From a virus: a DNA stretch of 64,000 nucleotides. Positions 10,431 through 19,241 of this stretch are shown here, one piece after another (positions within the stretch are counted from its first letter, which is position 1; each line of letters begins with the position of its first letter). Under the pieces are notes generated by a model, which was given only the letters and a program-made list of their open reading frames with translations, was not told the DNA's origin and did no database searches. The stretch is taken from positions 64,001 to 128,000 of IMG/VR virus record IMGVR_UViG_3300011113_000123, one strand, 5' to 3'. The position numbers were made by a program, and so were the translations under genes.

Positions 10431-10497
10431 CTCAATTGGTTAGAGCCCGCCGCTCATAACGGTGTAGTTCCAGGTTCGAGTCCTGGTGGGAGCTCCA
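10421..10497 (+). tRNA. tRNA-CAT, probably Ile2 (lysidine type)
   Basis: cloverleaf, loop CTCATAA, CCA end; body resembles bacterial Ile2. Confidence 0.8.
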
Positions 10498-10513
10498 TTT
10501 AGTCTGAGGAATC

Positions 10514-10957
10514 ATGAAACTTCTTGTGCCGTTGAACTCTGAACTGATGCATCTACTCAATGATGATTCAGTTCGTCCTGAACTTAGTTATGCGTTTAGA
10601 ACATCAAATGGTCGAGAATGTTTCGTCCTAACGGAAGACGATCCTCGGGCTGTTATCTGTGTAGCATATACACATCAGGTTCCTACGACTGTAGAAGAGC
10701 TTGATGCGTATAGCTTCAATGATACCAACGATCCAAACGGTATAGCAGTTTTCTATACTGTTTGGTCGTACGGTAAAGGCGCTGGGCGCGATATTGTGTT
10801 CAGCGTAGTAGACCACATCAAGCACTTCAAGCCATGGGTCGGGCGATTCGTAACTCTCAGCCCCAAAACCGAGATGGCTAAAAAGTTTCATTTAAGCAAC
10901 GGTGCTTTCACACTCAGTGACAATATTGAGTCCGTGAACTACGAGTATCGCGTTTAA
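10514..10957 (+). CDS. hypothetical protein, possibly GNAT-like
   Basis: FYTVWSYGKGAGR and FHLSNGA resemble acetyl-CoA-binding motifs. Confidence 0.55.
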   Translation: MKLLVPLNSELMHLLNDDSVRPELSYAFRTSNGRECFVLTEDDPRAVICVAYTHQVPTTVEELDAYSFNDTNDPNGIAVFYTVWSYGKGAGRDIVFSVVDHIKHFKPWVGRFVTLSPKTEMAKKFHLSNGAFTLSDNIESVNYEYRV

Positions 10958-10980
10958 TCAGCCTGAGAAATAAATAAGAA

Positions 10981-11340
10981 ATGCGCAACATATTTACAGT
11001 CATTGCGCTGTCTGCTTTTGTTGGCGGATGTGCAACAACAGAAGCAGTCTCGAGTTCATATTATGTTAATGCGACTTGGTATGCTTGCTGCAATCGTACA
11101 GCAAATGGTGAGAAATTCAACCCAAACGGGATGACGGTCGCTCACAGAAGGTATCCTTTCGGAACCATGCTGAGAGTTACTAACCCAGACAACGGCAGGT
11201 CCATAGTTGTCCGAGTTAATGATCGTGGTCCATTTACGAAAGGCGTGGATCTAGACATATCGAGAGGAGGTGCCCAGCAATTGGGGATAATCAATAAAGG
11301 TCGAGCGAAAGTTCGAGTAGAACACTTAACGTCTAGATAA
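10981..11340 (+). CDS. RlpA-like lipoprotein (DPBB lytic transglycosylase)
   Basis: lipobox VGGC; TANGEKF, AHRRYPFGT, VRVNDRGPF, DISRGGA. Confidence 0.9.
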   Translation: MRNIFTVIALSAFVGGCATTEAVSSSYYVNATWYACCNRTANGEKFNPNGMTVAHRRYPFGTMLRVTNPDNGRSIVVRVNDRGPFTKGVDLDISRGGAQQLGIINKGRAKVRVEHLTSR

Positions 11341-11391
11341 GATACGTCATTATATCTTCCTTTCGTAGCGTAAGCCAAAATAGGAGATAAA

Positions 11392-12039
11392 ATGAGGCTA
11401 CTAAAAACATTAACAGTAATCTCTGCTGTTGTTCTAGCATCGACTGCATACGCAGCGCCTGGAAACCGAAACAGAGTTACACCAACACAAAATACAACCA
11501 CTACATACATTAACAGCGACGACGAATCTCATGCTTCTTACTGGACTAGAGAAAACAACATCACTAGAGTCACATTACAAGAGCATGTAGAAACTAGAAA
11601 TAGAGTAAAGAAAGTTGCACAAAGACCTGTGCAGCGAAAGTCAAATCCGGTGGTTGTAGCGAAGCAGTTTGAAGGTTTGGATGCCCGTAGGCATAGAGCC
11701 GCGCTTCGTAATCTAATGGATGTAGATCCTTTAAAAGTACCTTGGTGTGCAGGGTTTGTGAACGCAGTTCTTTATCGATCAGGAGTACAAGGAACTTCGT
11801 CACTGCAAGCTAGAAGTTTCCTGCACTGGGGTATGTCTACCAGGAATCCGCAGAAAGGTGATATTGTAGTTTTTACACGAGGAAAAGGTAACACTACTGG
11901 TCACGTTGGATTCTATATGGGACAAGAAGTTGTAGATGGCGTAAAGTATATCCTCGTTCTAGGTGGGAACCAGAACAAGGCTGTCAATGTCGCTTATTAT
12001 CCAGCAAACAGATTGCTTGGATTCCGCACATTTGGCTGA
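11392..12039 (+). CDS. secreted NlpC/P60-like peptidoglycan hydrolase (TIGR02594-like)
   Basis: signal peptide; PWCAGFV, GDIVVF, GHVGF, LGGNQ. Confidence 0.85.
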   Translation: MRLLKTLTVISAVVLASTAYAAPGNRNRVTPTQNTTTTYINSDDESHASYWTRENNITRVTLQEHVETRNRVKKVAQRPVQRKSNPVVVAKQFEGLDARRHRAALRNLMDVDPLKVPWCAGFVNAVLYRSGVQGTSSLQARSFLHWGMSTRNPQKGDIVVFTRGKGNTTGHVGFYMGQEVVDGVKYILVLGGNQNKAVNVAYYPANRLLGFRTFG

Positions 12040-12071
12040 TGATTAAGGAGGTGTGTTTTTTGTCATCAGTC

Positions 12072-12102
12072 GGGGAGGCGTGTGGTGCGCCTCCCCTTTT
12101 TT
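12072..12102 (+). terminator. rho-independent terminator
   Basis: GGGGAGGCG / CGCCTCCCC stem followed by T6. Confidence 0.9.
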
Positions 12103-12107
12103 GCGTT

Positions 12108-12115
12108 TATAAATA
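12108..12115 (+). promoter_or_regulatory. T4-type late promoter
   Basis: TATAAATA. Confidence 0.75.
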
Positions 12116-12153
12116 ACGTATAGCATCAACAGCTAATCAACGAAGGAACGGAC

Positions 12154-12471
12154 ATGAAGTCGTTTAGACAGTACTGCAACGAAGAGTTTTCTTATGTCGA
12201 AGAATCCTCAGAAGGTACAACTTTGAAGGATTACCCGCATCTCCATAAGCATGTTGCGGAAAAACAAAAGAAACAGAAACTTCCAGCCCATTTCATGCAT
12301 AATGTTGGCGATACTCCGGTACATCCTAAGTCTGCAGCTGCTCACAAAAAAGCAGACAGTGCTTTGTCTAGCGGGCATCCTACAGCAAAACGTCGCGCTG
12401 ACGACGTGTATCGCGGCACCTATGATTACGAGGGTTCAGCTGAACGTCGCGTCGCAAACGCAAAGAAGTGA
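12154..12471 (+). CDS. probable small internal head protein
   Basis: late promoter; MKSFRQYCNEE N-terminus resembles T4 internal-protein capsid-targeting leaders. Confidence 0.55.
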   Translation: MKSFRQYCNEEFSYVEESSEGTTLKDYPHLHKHVAEKQKKQKLPAHFMHNVGDTPVHPKSAAAHKKADSALSSGHPTAKRRADDVYRGTYDYEGSAERRVANAKK

Positions 12472-12497
12472 CGATTAATAGTCAAGGACAATAGATA

Positions 12498-13466
12498 ATG
12501 GCTAAAACGATTTCAATCGCTGTGGCAGCACGAATCAATGAAATTTCTGTTTTCAGATATGGTAGTCCTGCTAAGTATAGTTCTAGTGGCGGATTAGCCG
12601 CTAGAAGACAGCTGGAATCTGACATAGAGCCGTTTACTTCGAAAGAAGATATCAGCGAAATCGCAGATCAAGATGGTCGCGCGAAGCTGATGGTCGAGGA
12701 GTTTATCAAATGGGCTAAAAGCAACGGATACTCTGGATCCGTTGCTGATTGTTGGTGGACGGCAAAGCCAGGTGATTTGACTAGAGTAACAGGTAAAACG
12801 GTAGATTCGTCTAAGAATCCGACAGACGTGCTTTTCAAGTTCACTTCTGGTCCAGCTGGATCTGAAGGGTTTCTTGGTTTGTCTGCAAAGTCTACGGGCA
12901 AAGCTAAAGAAATTGGATTTAAGAATCCGGGTGTAGGAACGCTTGAAAATCTACTAGGTATCGAGCTATCACCTATTCTTAATGACTACGTCGCTAGAAT
13001 AGTTAAATTGCATAAGTTTTCTACGACAAGCTCGAAACGAAAAACTGAAATTAGAAGTTCTTCGAAGAAAGTTCAAGACTCTGTGGATGCAATGGGTTCT
13101 TTGGCTATGAAAGATCTAAGAGACGCTCTACTAAAAAAATATAAGGGTATCAAAGATCAGAATTTCATAAAGAACCATATACTAGATGACTGGATGAATT
13201 TTAAAACTGACGATAAGCAAAAGATCTTTCCTCCATACATAAAAGTGACTGGACAAGGAACAAAAGGTAGGTATACAGTATCTATCGTAGATCCTAATTC
13301 AAATTCTAAAATTGATTACATCAAATCTAATAAGATAACTTTTGAAGCAGTTGGTAACGAATCTATTGGTGTTAAAGCTGGAACACATCAGATTATGAAA
13401 ATTCGTTTTAAGTTTGAATCTCAAAAACTGGCTTCCTCTATGAAGTTATCTGGAGAACCTTGGTGA
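12498..13466 (+). CDS. hypothetical protein, possible PD-(D/E)XK-variant endonuclease
   Basis: NPTDVLFK...GLSAKS; Lys-rich, AT-richer than neighbours. Confidence 0.5.
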   Translation: MAKTISIAVAARINEISVFRYGSPAKYSSSGGLAARRQLESDIEPFTSKEDISEIADQDGRAKLMVEEFIKWAKSNGYSGSVADCWWTAKPGDLTRVTGKTVDSSKNPTDVLFKFTSGPAGSEGFLGLSAKSTGKAKEIGFKNPGVGTLENLLGIELSPILNDYVARIVKLHKFSTTSSKRKTEIRSSSKKVQDSVDAMGSLAMKDLRDALLKKYKGIKDQNFIKNHILDDWMNFKTDDKQKIFPPYIKVTGQGTKGRYTVSIVDPNSNSKIDYIKSNKITFEAVGNESIGVKAGTHQIMKIRFKFESQKLASSMKLSGEPW

Positions 13467-14695
13467 AAAAGCTGTCGACGTTCATCGCTGAGGAAAAGAA
13501 TCTGCATATGGAACACATCGAGGACTTGATCCTCAATGATGGCGTCGCTGGTGCAAAGCAAATCTTCAACTTTCTTATACAGATGCGCAACATGCTTGGC
13601 GGCAGCACCACAAAGAAAGTATCTGGAACTGTGAAGTGGGATGGTGCTCCTGCTATCTTTGCTGGTGTAGATCCTCGCGATGGAAAGTTCTTTGTAGCGA
13701 AGAAAGGCATCTTCAATAAGAACCCAAAGATCTACAAGACACAAGCAGATATCGACGCTGATCTATCTGGCGAATTGGCTGATAAGTTCAGCGTTGCTCT
13801 TCGTGAGTTCAGCAAGCTAGGTATCACGTCTGGTGTATACCAAGGCGATCTCATGTTCACGAAGGGAGATGTTAAAGCAGAAACGATCGACGGGAATAAA
13901 TACTACACGTTCCAACCAAACACAATCGTCTATGCTGTTCCAACTAACTCCGCGCTAGGTAAGACGATCGCTAAAGCAAGCATCGGTGTCGTATGGCACA
14001 CAACCTATACAGGCGACTCGTTCGAGAGCATGAAAGCATCATTTGGTAAGGGTATCGTCGAGAAGCTGAAACAAGTTGGTACGATCTGGATGGACGATGC
14101 TAACTATAAGGACGTCAGCGGAACTGCTACGTTCACAGCAGCCGAAACCGAAAAGTTCAACGCCATACTTTCGCAGGCTGGTAAGATTCTACAGGGATTA
14201 CCAAGCGAAGCTGTAAATGCGTTTTCCAGAGATTCAGAGTTACTGATCCGTGTCAAAACGTACAACAACTCTAAGGTACGAGCTGGCGAAAAGATTATGA
14301 ATACGACTTCACATGTTGCTGGCTTTATCCACTATATGAACGACTATTATCAAAAAGAAGAAGATAAGAAGAAAACGCCTGCTGGTAAGAACGCAGTGAA
14401 AGCTAAGAAAGCTCAGTCGTTTGGACCTATCGTACGAACACCACTGCTTCAGCTGAAATCCATATTTGATTTTATGAACCTGATTGTTGACGCCAAGATG
14501 ATGATTATAGCAAAGATGAATTCAGCAGCGAGTGTCGATACGTTCCTACGTACACGTCAGGGATTGAAGATCACTTCGCCTGAAGGATATGTTGCAGTAG
14601 ATCATTTGACTGGTGGAGCAGTAAAGCTAGTAGATCGTCTGGGATTCAGCCAAGCAAACTTTAGTCCAGACATTATCAAGGGATGGGAGAAATAA
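13463..14695 (+). CDS. conserved T4-like protein (DUF6267-like) with ligase-type nucleotidyltransferase motifs
   Basis: HMEHIED, TVKWDGAP, YQGDLMF, PEGYV, KLVDR. Confidence 0.75.
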   Translation: MKKLSTFIAEEKNLHMEHIEDLILNDGVAGAKQIFNFLIQMRNMLGGSTTKKVSGTVKWDGAPAIFAGVDPRDGKFFVAKKGIFNKNPKIYKTQADIDADLSGELADKFSVALREFSKLGITSGVYQGDLMFTKGDVKAETIDGNKYYTFQPNTIVYAVPTNSALGKTIAKASIGVVWHTTYTGDSFESMKASFGKGIVEKLKQVGTIWMDDANYKDVSGTATFTAAETEKFNAILSQAGKILQGLPSEAVNAFSRDSELLIRVKTYNNSKVRAGEKIMNTTSHVAGFIHYMNDYYQKEEDKKKTPAGKNAVKAKKAQSFGPIVRTPLLQLKSIFDFMNLIVDAKMMIIAKMNSAASVDTFLRTRQGLKITSPEGYVAVDHLTGGAVKLVDRLGFSQANFSPDIIKGWEK

Positions 14696-14696
14696 C

Positions 14697-14801
14697 ATGG
14701 AACTCATTATCGGATTCGCAGCAGGACTCATCGTAGGATGGAACTTCCTACCTCAGCCTACATTCATTAAAGGATGGATTGATAAGATTAGCGGTAAGTG
14801 A
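14697..14801 (+). CDS. 34-aa membrane peptide (not in track)
   Basis: MELIIGFAAGLIVGWNFLPQP...; GGAGA RBS. Confidence 0.6.
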   Translation: MELIIGFAAGLIVGWNFLPQPTFIKGWIDKISGK

Positions 14802-14827
14802 TATACTGACCCCTCGTAACACTACTC

Positions 14828-14856
14828 ATTATAATGGTTATATCTGAAGTTGTCAA
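14828..14856 (-). promoter_or_regulatory. perfect sigma70 promoter on the minus strand
   Basis: reverse complement reads TTGACA-N17-TATAAT. Confidence 0.7.
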
Positions 14857-14864
14857 GACGTTTT

Positions 14865-14872
14865 TATAAATA
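14865..14872 (+). promoter_or_regulatory. T4-type late promoter
   Basis: TATAAATA. Confidence 0.8.
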
Positions 14873-14874
14873 AA

Positions 14875-14938
14875 GGGAGCAGAAGGCTACGGCAATCCTG
14901 CTCCCAACTCATATGCGGTCAGGCCACGGCAATCCCGC
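14875..14938 (+). promoter_or_regulatory. tandem 5'-UTR hairpins with repeated AGGCYACGGCAATCC core
   Basis: GGGAGCAG..CTGCTCCC and GCGG..CCGC stems each enclose the same 15-mer. Confidence 0.6.
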
Positions 14939-14947
14939 GAGGATAAA

Positions 14948-17900
14948 ATGAAGAGCGTTGTATTCACATTCGGGCGTATGAATCCGCCTACGACAGGGCA
15001 CCAGCTACTGGTGAACAAACTGATCGCTCTCGCTCAAACGAGCAAGTCGACTCCTCGCGTTTACTTGTCACATTCAGTCGGCAAGAAAGATCCCCTTCCA
15101 TACGATAAGAAGATCGCGTTCGCTCGTGCAGCGTTTGGTGCTATCGTACGCAAATCAAACTCAAAGAACGTTATTCAGATTCTCAAGGATCTTGAAGAAG
15201 AAGGTTTCACTCACGTCACGATGGTCGTTGGGTCTGATCGCGTTCCTGACTTCACTAGACTACTCAACACATACAACGGCAAGGAATACACGTTCGAAAA
15301 GATTGACGTCAAGTCAGCTGGCGAGCGTGATCCAGACGCAGACGATGTGACAGGTATGTCAGCCAGCAAGATGCGCGCTCTAGCTAAAGACGAAAAGGTC
15401 GCAGAGTTTCTTCGCGGCGCTCCCAACACCCTCAAAGCAGCACAAGCCAAAAGCATGTATACGGCTGTGCGTAAGGCTCTACTAGGAGAAAATGTTATGG
15501 AATATGGCCATGACGAAAAGTTCCTCGAATTCATTTTCGAACAGGATACAAAGGAAGACGACGATCTGACGGATATGCCGTCGGATGGTGAGATCTCAAA
15601 GCACTTCGATTCACTGCATCCAGACGATCTTGATCTCGACGACGCTGATGCTATGATGCTCGATGTTATTCTCGGTAACGAAGAAGAAGAGGAAGAAATC
15701 AAGGAAGCCAAAGTTCTTTCGATTCAGCAGCGTCAGAAGCTATCTCAGCGCATGAAGGCTATGTCTAAGCGTCTAGCTCGTCTTCGTCAGATCAAAGCAA
15801 AGCAGATGCCAGCTCAGCAGCGCCTTCGCATGCGCGCGCGAAAAGCTGCTATTATGCTTCTTCGTAAGCGCGCAACAGGCAAGAAAGATCTAGATTACGC
15901 TTCTCTATCGAAGTCACAGCGCGTAGCAGTAGACACTGCTCTTGTTCAGCGTTTTGGTAATAGTCTCAACAGAATCGTAGATCGTCTATCAACACGTCTG
16001 CTCCCTCGCGTACGCAAGCACGCGCAGGAGTACGTTAAGAAAGCTCGTGAAGAAGTCAAGGAACAAACACTCGATCCAAAGACAAAGAAGCACGTTTCGG
16101 ATCAGAAGCAAGATAATCCTCTGAATCTTGATGCGCTCAAGCTGAACATCTTGAATACTGATCCACAGAAAAATGATCGTGCGGCACCAGATCCAAAGCA
16201 AGCTCATCTGCATAAGAATAAGAAGGCTACACACTTCTTTAAGACATTCGATGAAGGTCGTAAGAGTTCTGCTGATAAGGACGCTCGCGATGCTGGTGAT
16301 ACCAACATCATCTATCAGATGCGTAAGACTATTAATTCGCGCGGCGAGCATGAAACAGTGTTTGCTGATGGGCACAAAGCAAACGTTTCAATCGCAGACG
16401 CCAAGAAACTTCTAGCTAAGTTTGAAGCTATTCGTATGCCTGCTGATAAGCAAGAGTTCACTATCCAGGCTGGTAAGTCTCTTTCTTCATTCAAAAACGT
16501 GCTTGCTCATGGCGTGAAGCAAGAAAAGAAGAAGATTTCGCTTGGCGGTAAGAGCTTCAAAGAGTTTTATCTTGGTGTGGGTCGCTCGCGCACTGTTTCT
16601 GCATATGATAACGATGAACCACCAGGAACTCGTCGCGTTGCTGAAGCTAAGAGCGTTGGTGGCGTAGAGCCAGATGCGAACGATGATCCTAATGTTTCGC
16701 GTAAGCCTAATCCAAAGCTAGACCTGTTGCTTCGCCTTGGTCTAGCAGATACAGACGAGCTGCAGAAGTATCGTCGTGCGCTGCGTTCTAGCAAAAAGCA
16801 AGCTCTTGGTTCGCCTGAGATGCGTAAGAAACTAGCTGATCTGTTGGATAAGCTGATTGATATCGTTACAGGCGATCCATCAACTTATTCGCGCGTCAGA
16901 TACAAGGTACAGGCTCAGGAAGCTATCTCGCTTGTTAATAAGGCTGAAAAGTCTGGTGTAGACGTAACAGTACTAGCTGAAGTGTTCATGCGCGAGATCG
17001 CAGAAACAAGTGATAACAACAGAGCTTTCAATCGCGTGAACTCATTCATTGCTGGCGGGAAAGCTGCTGAATTAGACAGCGATCTGTCAGAAAAGGCAGA
17101 TTTGCCTCACAAGTATCGTGCTGGTCTATCAGACAAAACCGCTGCTGCAAGAAAATCGCATTGGGATAAGATGAACAAGCTGTCTGATCGCGATCCTCGC
17201 GCGTACGAGCCAGCACCTGGAGATGCGACTGCAAAAACAAAACCATCGAAGCACACGCTAAAGTACAAGAGAATGTACGGAGAAGAAGCTATGGACGAAA
17301 GTTCTGAAACAGGATTAGCTGCAAAAGCTAAGAAGTCTGGTGTTTCGCTCGGAACGCTGAAGAAAGTGTATCGTCGTGGCGTCGCAGCATGGAACTCTGG
17401 TCATCGTCCAGGCACAACTCCGCAGCAGTGGGGAATGGCTCGCGTCAACTCTTACATCACAAAAGGTAAGGGAACCTATCATGGCGCAGATAAGGATCTG
17501 CGTGAAGACGAGCTGAATGAAAAGGGTCCAGGTCTGTGGGCTAACATTCATGCAAAGCGTCAAAGAATCAAAGCTGGCTCTGGTGAGCGTATGCGTAAAC
17601 CAGGATCCAAGGGAGCACCTACAGCAGATCAGATTAGAGCAGCTAAGAGCGAAGAAACACAAAACGAAGGTCAAGCTAACTGGGCTAAAGCTCGTAAAGA
17701 AAACGAACGCTCTAGCGTTGCGTATCTGAATCGCGCAAAGAAGTCATACGTTGATCGTAGTGTGACTCCATATAAAGCTGACGACGCTAAGATTGCTGCT
17801 GATTCCATGAAGGATTTCGTAGCCAGAGGCGGTAAGATTCAGCAGCTTCCGCCTGGTAAAAAGACGATCAAGTCGCTCGTTAAACCTAAGAAGTATATGA

Positions 17901-18961
17901 CGCCTAATCAGGCTTCAAAGATTACAGAACAGAACATGACGACACATGATGCAGTTCCTCTCTCGAAGAGAGTGAAGCGCGTTAAGAGCTTCCATGCTTT
18001 CCATCCTCCAGTGAAGGAAACGGTGCAGCGTGATTCTGATATTAGAATGGTTAAAGTTCGTATGCCCGATGGAACTACCAAGTTCCGTAAAGAACGTGCG
18101 CCAGCTAAAGTTCAGCAGGAAATGTATACAGGTTCGGAGCCAACTACAACTAATCCAGCTGATCCAGCAAGTCGTTTCGTAGGAACTAATGCTATTCGTC
18201 AGACGTATGCTAATGTAACTCCTGGCCAGGGATCAGTTGCAGGTGAAATTGCAGTAGCGAAGTATGCGCCCGAAAAGGTCAACTACACATCGTCAATGGC
18301 TAAGAAGACGCATACAGAAGTGGATCAGTCTAAGGATAACCTGAGCAAGAAACACTTCAATGACATTCGCAAGGCTCTTGGTGGTATTCGTGAATCGCAT
18401 GATCTTAACGAAGCGTTTGCTGCTGGATTTGAACTAGCTCCATTCGCGCGCGATTATGGTATGACAGTTCAGTCAGCGTTTGAGCATCATCCAGACGTAG
18501 AACGTATGATGGACGAGTCCAATACCAAAACGACGAAAGCGATTGTTTATAAGGACAATAAGCCATTCGCTATATATCCAGATATGAAATCTGCTCAGAA
18601 AGAATACTATGGTAAGGATGGTTATTCTATCGGCACTGTATCTTTGAGTAAGTCTAAGGCTTTAAAGAAATTAAATCCAGGTCTCAAGATTGTTGAAGAC
18701 TCAATGGATGAAGCTACATATCAAGGGCGCAAAGTTCCACTTAACAAACCTATGAAGGGTGATGTTAAGAAGTCAAAAGTTTATGTTGATCCAGACGGCG
18801 ACGGCAAAGCTAAAAAGATCAACTTTGGTGATAAGAATCTAAGTATCAAGAAAGATCAACCTGCTCGTAAGAGATCATACTGTGCTCGCTCTAGCGGTCA
18901 GGGTAATTTAACTAAGAAAGATAGTGCCAACTATTGGTCACGTAGAGCATGGAATTGCTAA
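14948..18961 (+). CDS. 1337-aa multidomain late protein: N-terminal HIGH-family (cytidylyltransferase-like) domain plus basic modules; probable head-packaged polyprotein
   Basis: FGRMNPPTTGH, VVGSDR, SAGERDPD, MSASKMR; many hydrophobic-X-E linkers. Confidence 0.8.
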   Translation: MKSVVFTFGRMNPPTTGHQLLVNKLIALAQTSKSTPRVYLSHSVGKKDPLPYDKKIAFARAAFGAIVRKSNSKNVIQILKDLEEEGFTHVTMVVGSDRVPDFTRLLNTYNGKEYTFEKIDVKSAGERDPDADDVTGMSASKMRALAKDEKVAEFLRGAPNTLKAAQAKSMYTAVRKALLGENVMEYGHDEKFLEFIFEQDTKEDDDLTDMPSDGEISKHFDSLHPDDLDLDDADAMMLDVILGNEEEEEEIKEAKVLSIQQRQKLSQRMKAMSKRLARLRQIKAKQMPAQQRLRMRARKAAIMLLRKRATGKKDLDYASLSKSQRVAVDTALVQRFGNSLNRIVDRLSTRLLPRVRKHAQEYVKKAREEVKEQTLDPKTKKHVSDQKQDNPLNLDALKLNILNTDPQKNDRAAPDPKQAHLHKNKKATHFFKTFDEGRKSSADKDARDAGDTNIIYQMRKTINSRGEHETVFADGHKANVSIADAKKLLAKFEAIRMPADKQEFTIQAGKSLSSFKNVLAHGVKQEKKKISLGGKSFKEFYLGVGRSRTVSAYDNDEPPGTRRVAEAKSVGGVEPDANDDPNVSRKPNPKLDLLLRLGLADTDELQKYRRALRSSKKQALGSPEMRKKLADLLDKLIDIVTGDPSTYSRVRYKVQAQEAISLVNKAEKSGVDVTVLAEVFMREIAETSDNNRAFNRVNSFIAGGKAAELDSDLSEKADLPHKYRAGLSDKTAAARKSHWDKMNKLSDRDPRAYEPAPGDATAKTKPSKHTLKYKRMYGEEAMDESSETGLAAKAKKSGVSLGTLKKVYRRGVAAWNSGHRPGTTPQQWGMARVNSYITKGKGTYHGADKDLREDELNEKGPGLWANIHAKRQRIKAGSGERMRKPGSKGAPTADQIRAAKSEETQNEGQANWAKARKENERSSVAYLNRAKKSYVDRSVTPYKADDAKIAADSMKDFVARGGKIQQLPPGKKTIKSLVKPKKYMTPNQASKITEQNMTTHDAVPLSKRVKRVKSFHAFHPPVKETVQRDSDIRMVKVRMPDGTTKFRKERAPAKVQQEMYTGSEPTTTNPADPASRFVGTNAIRQTYANVTPGQGSVAGEIAVAKYAPEKVNYTSSMAKKTHTEVDQSKDNLSKKHFNDIRKALGGIRESHDLNEAFAAGFELAPFARDYGMTVQSAFEHHPDVERMMDESNTKTTKAIVYKDNKPFAIYPDMKSAQKEYYGKDGYSIGTVSLSKSKALKKLNPGLKIVEDSMDEATYQGRKVPLNKPMKGDVKKSKVYVDPDGDGKAKKINFGDKNLSIKKDQPARKRSYCARSSGQGNLTKKDSANYWSRRAWNC

Positions 18962-18976
18962 TAGAGGAGAAATGAA

Positions 18977-19240
18977 ATGAATGACGCTATTATCTTTGGT
19001 TCAATCGTAGCGATTGTTTTGTTCTTGGGTTGGCTTTGGTGGCCAAAGGAAGAAAAGAAGGAAGAGAAGAAAGAGGAAGCTCCAGCTGCTCCAGTAGAGC
19101 CAGTTGCTGCTCCAGTCGAGTCGCAGATCACTGATGCTGTTACTCAAGCTGCTCCTGTAGTGCCTGACGCACCTACAACAAAGAAGCCAAGAGCAAAGAA
19201 AGCAACTTCTGCTCCTAAGGTTACGAAGAAGGGAAAGTAA
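18977..19240 (+). CDS. membrane-anchored small protein
   Basis: N-terminal TM, Pro/Ala/Lys-rich tail. Confidence 0.7.
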   Translation: MNDAIIFGSIVAIVLFLGWLWWPKEEKKEEKKEEAPAAPVEPVAAPVESQITDAVTQAAPVVPDAPTTKKPRAKKATSAPKVTKKGK

Positions 19241-19241
19241 T

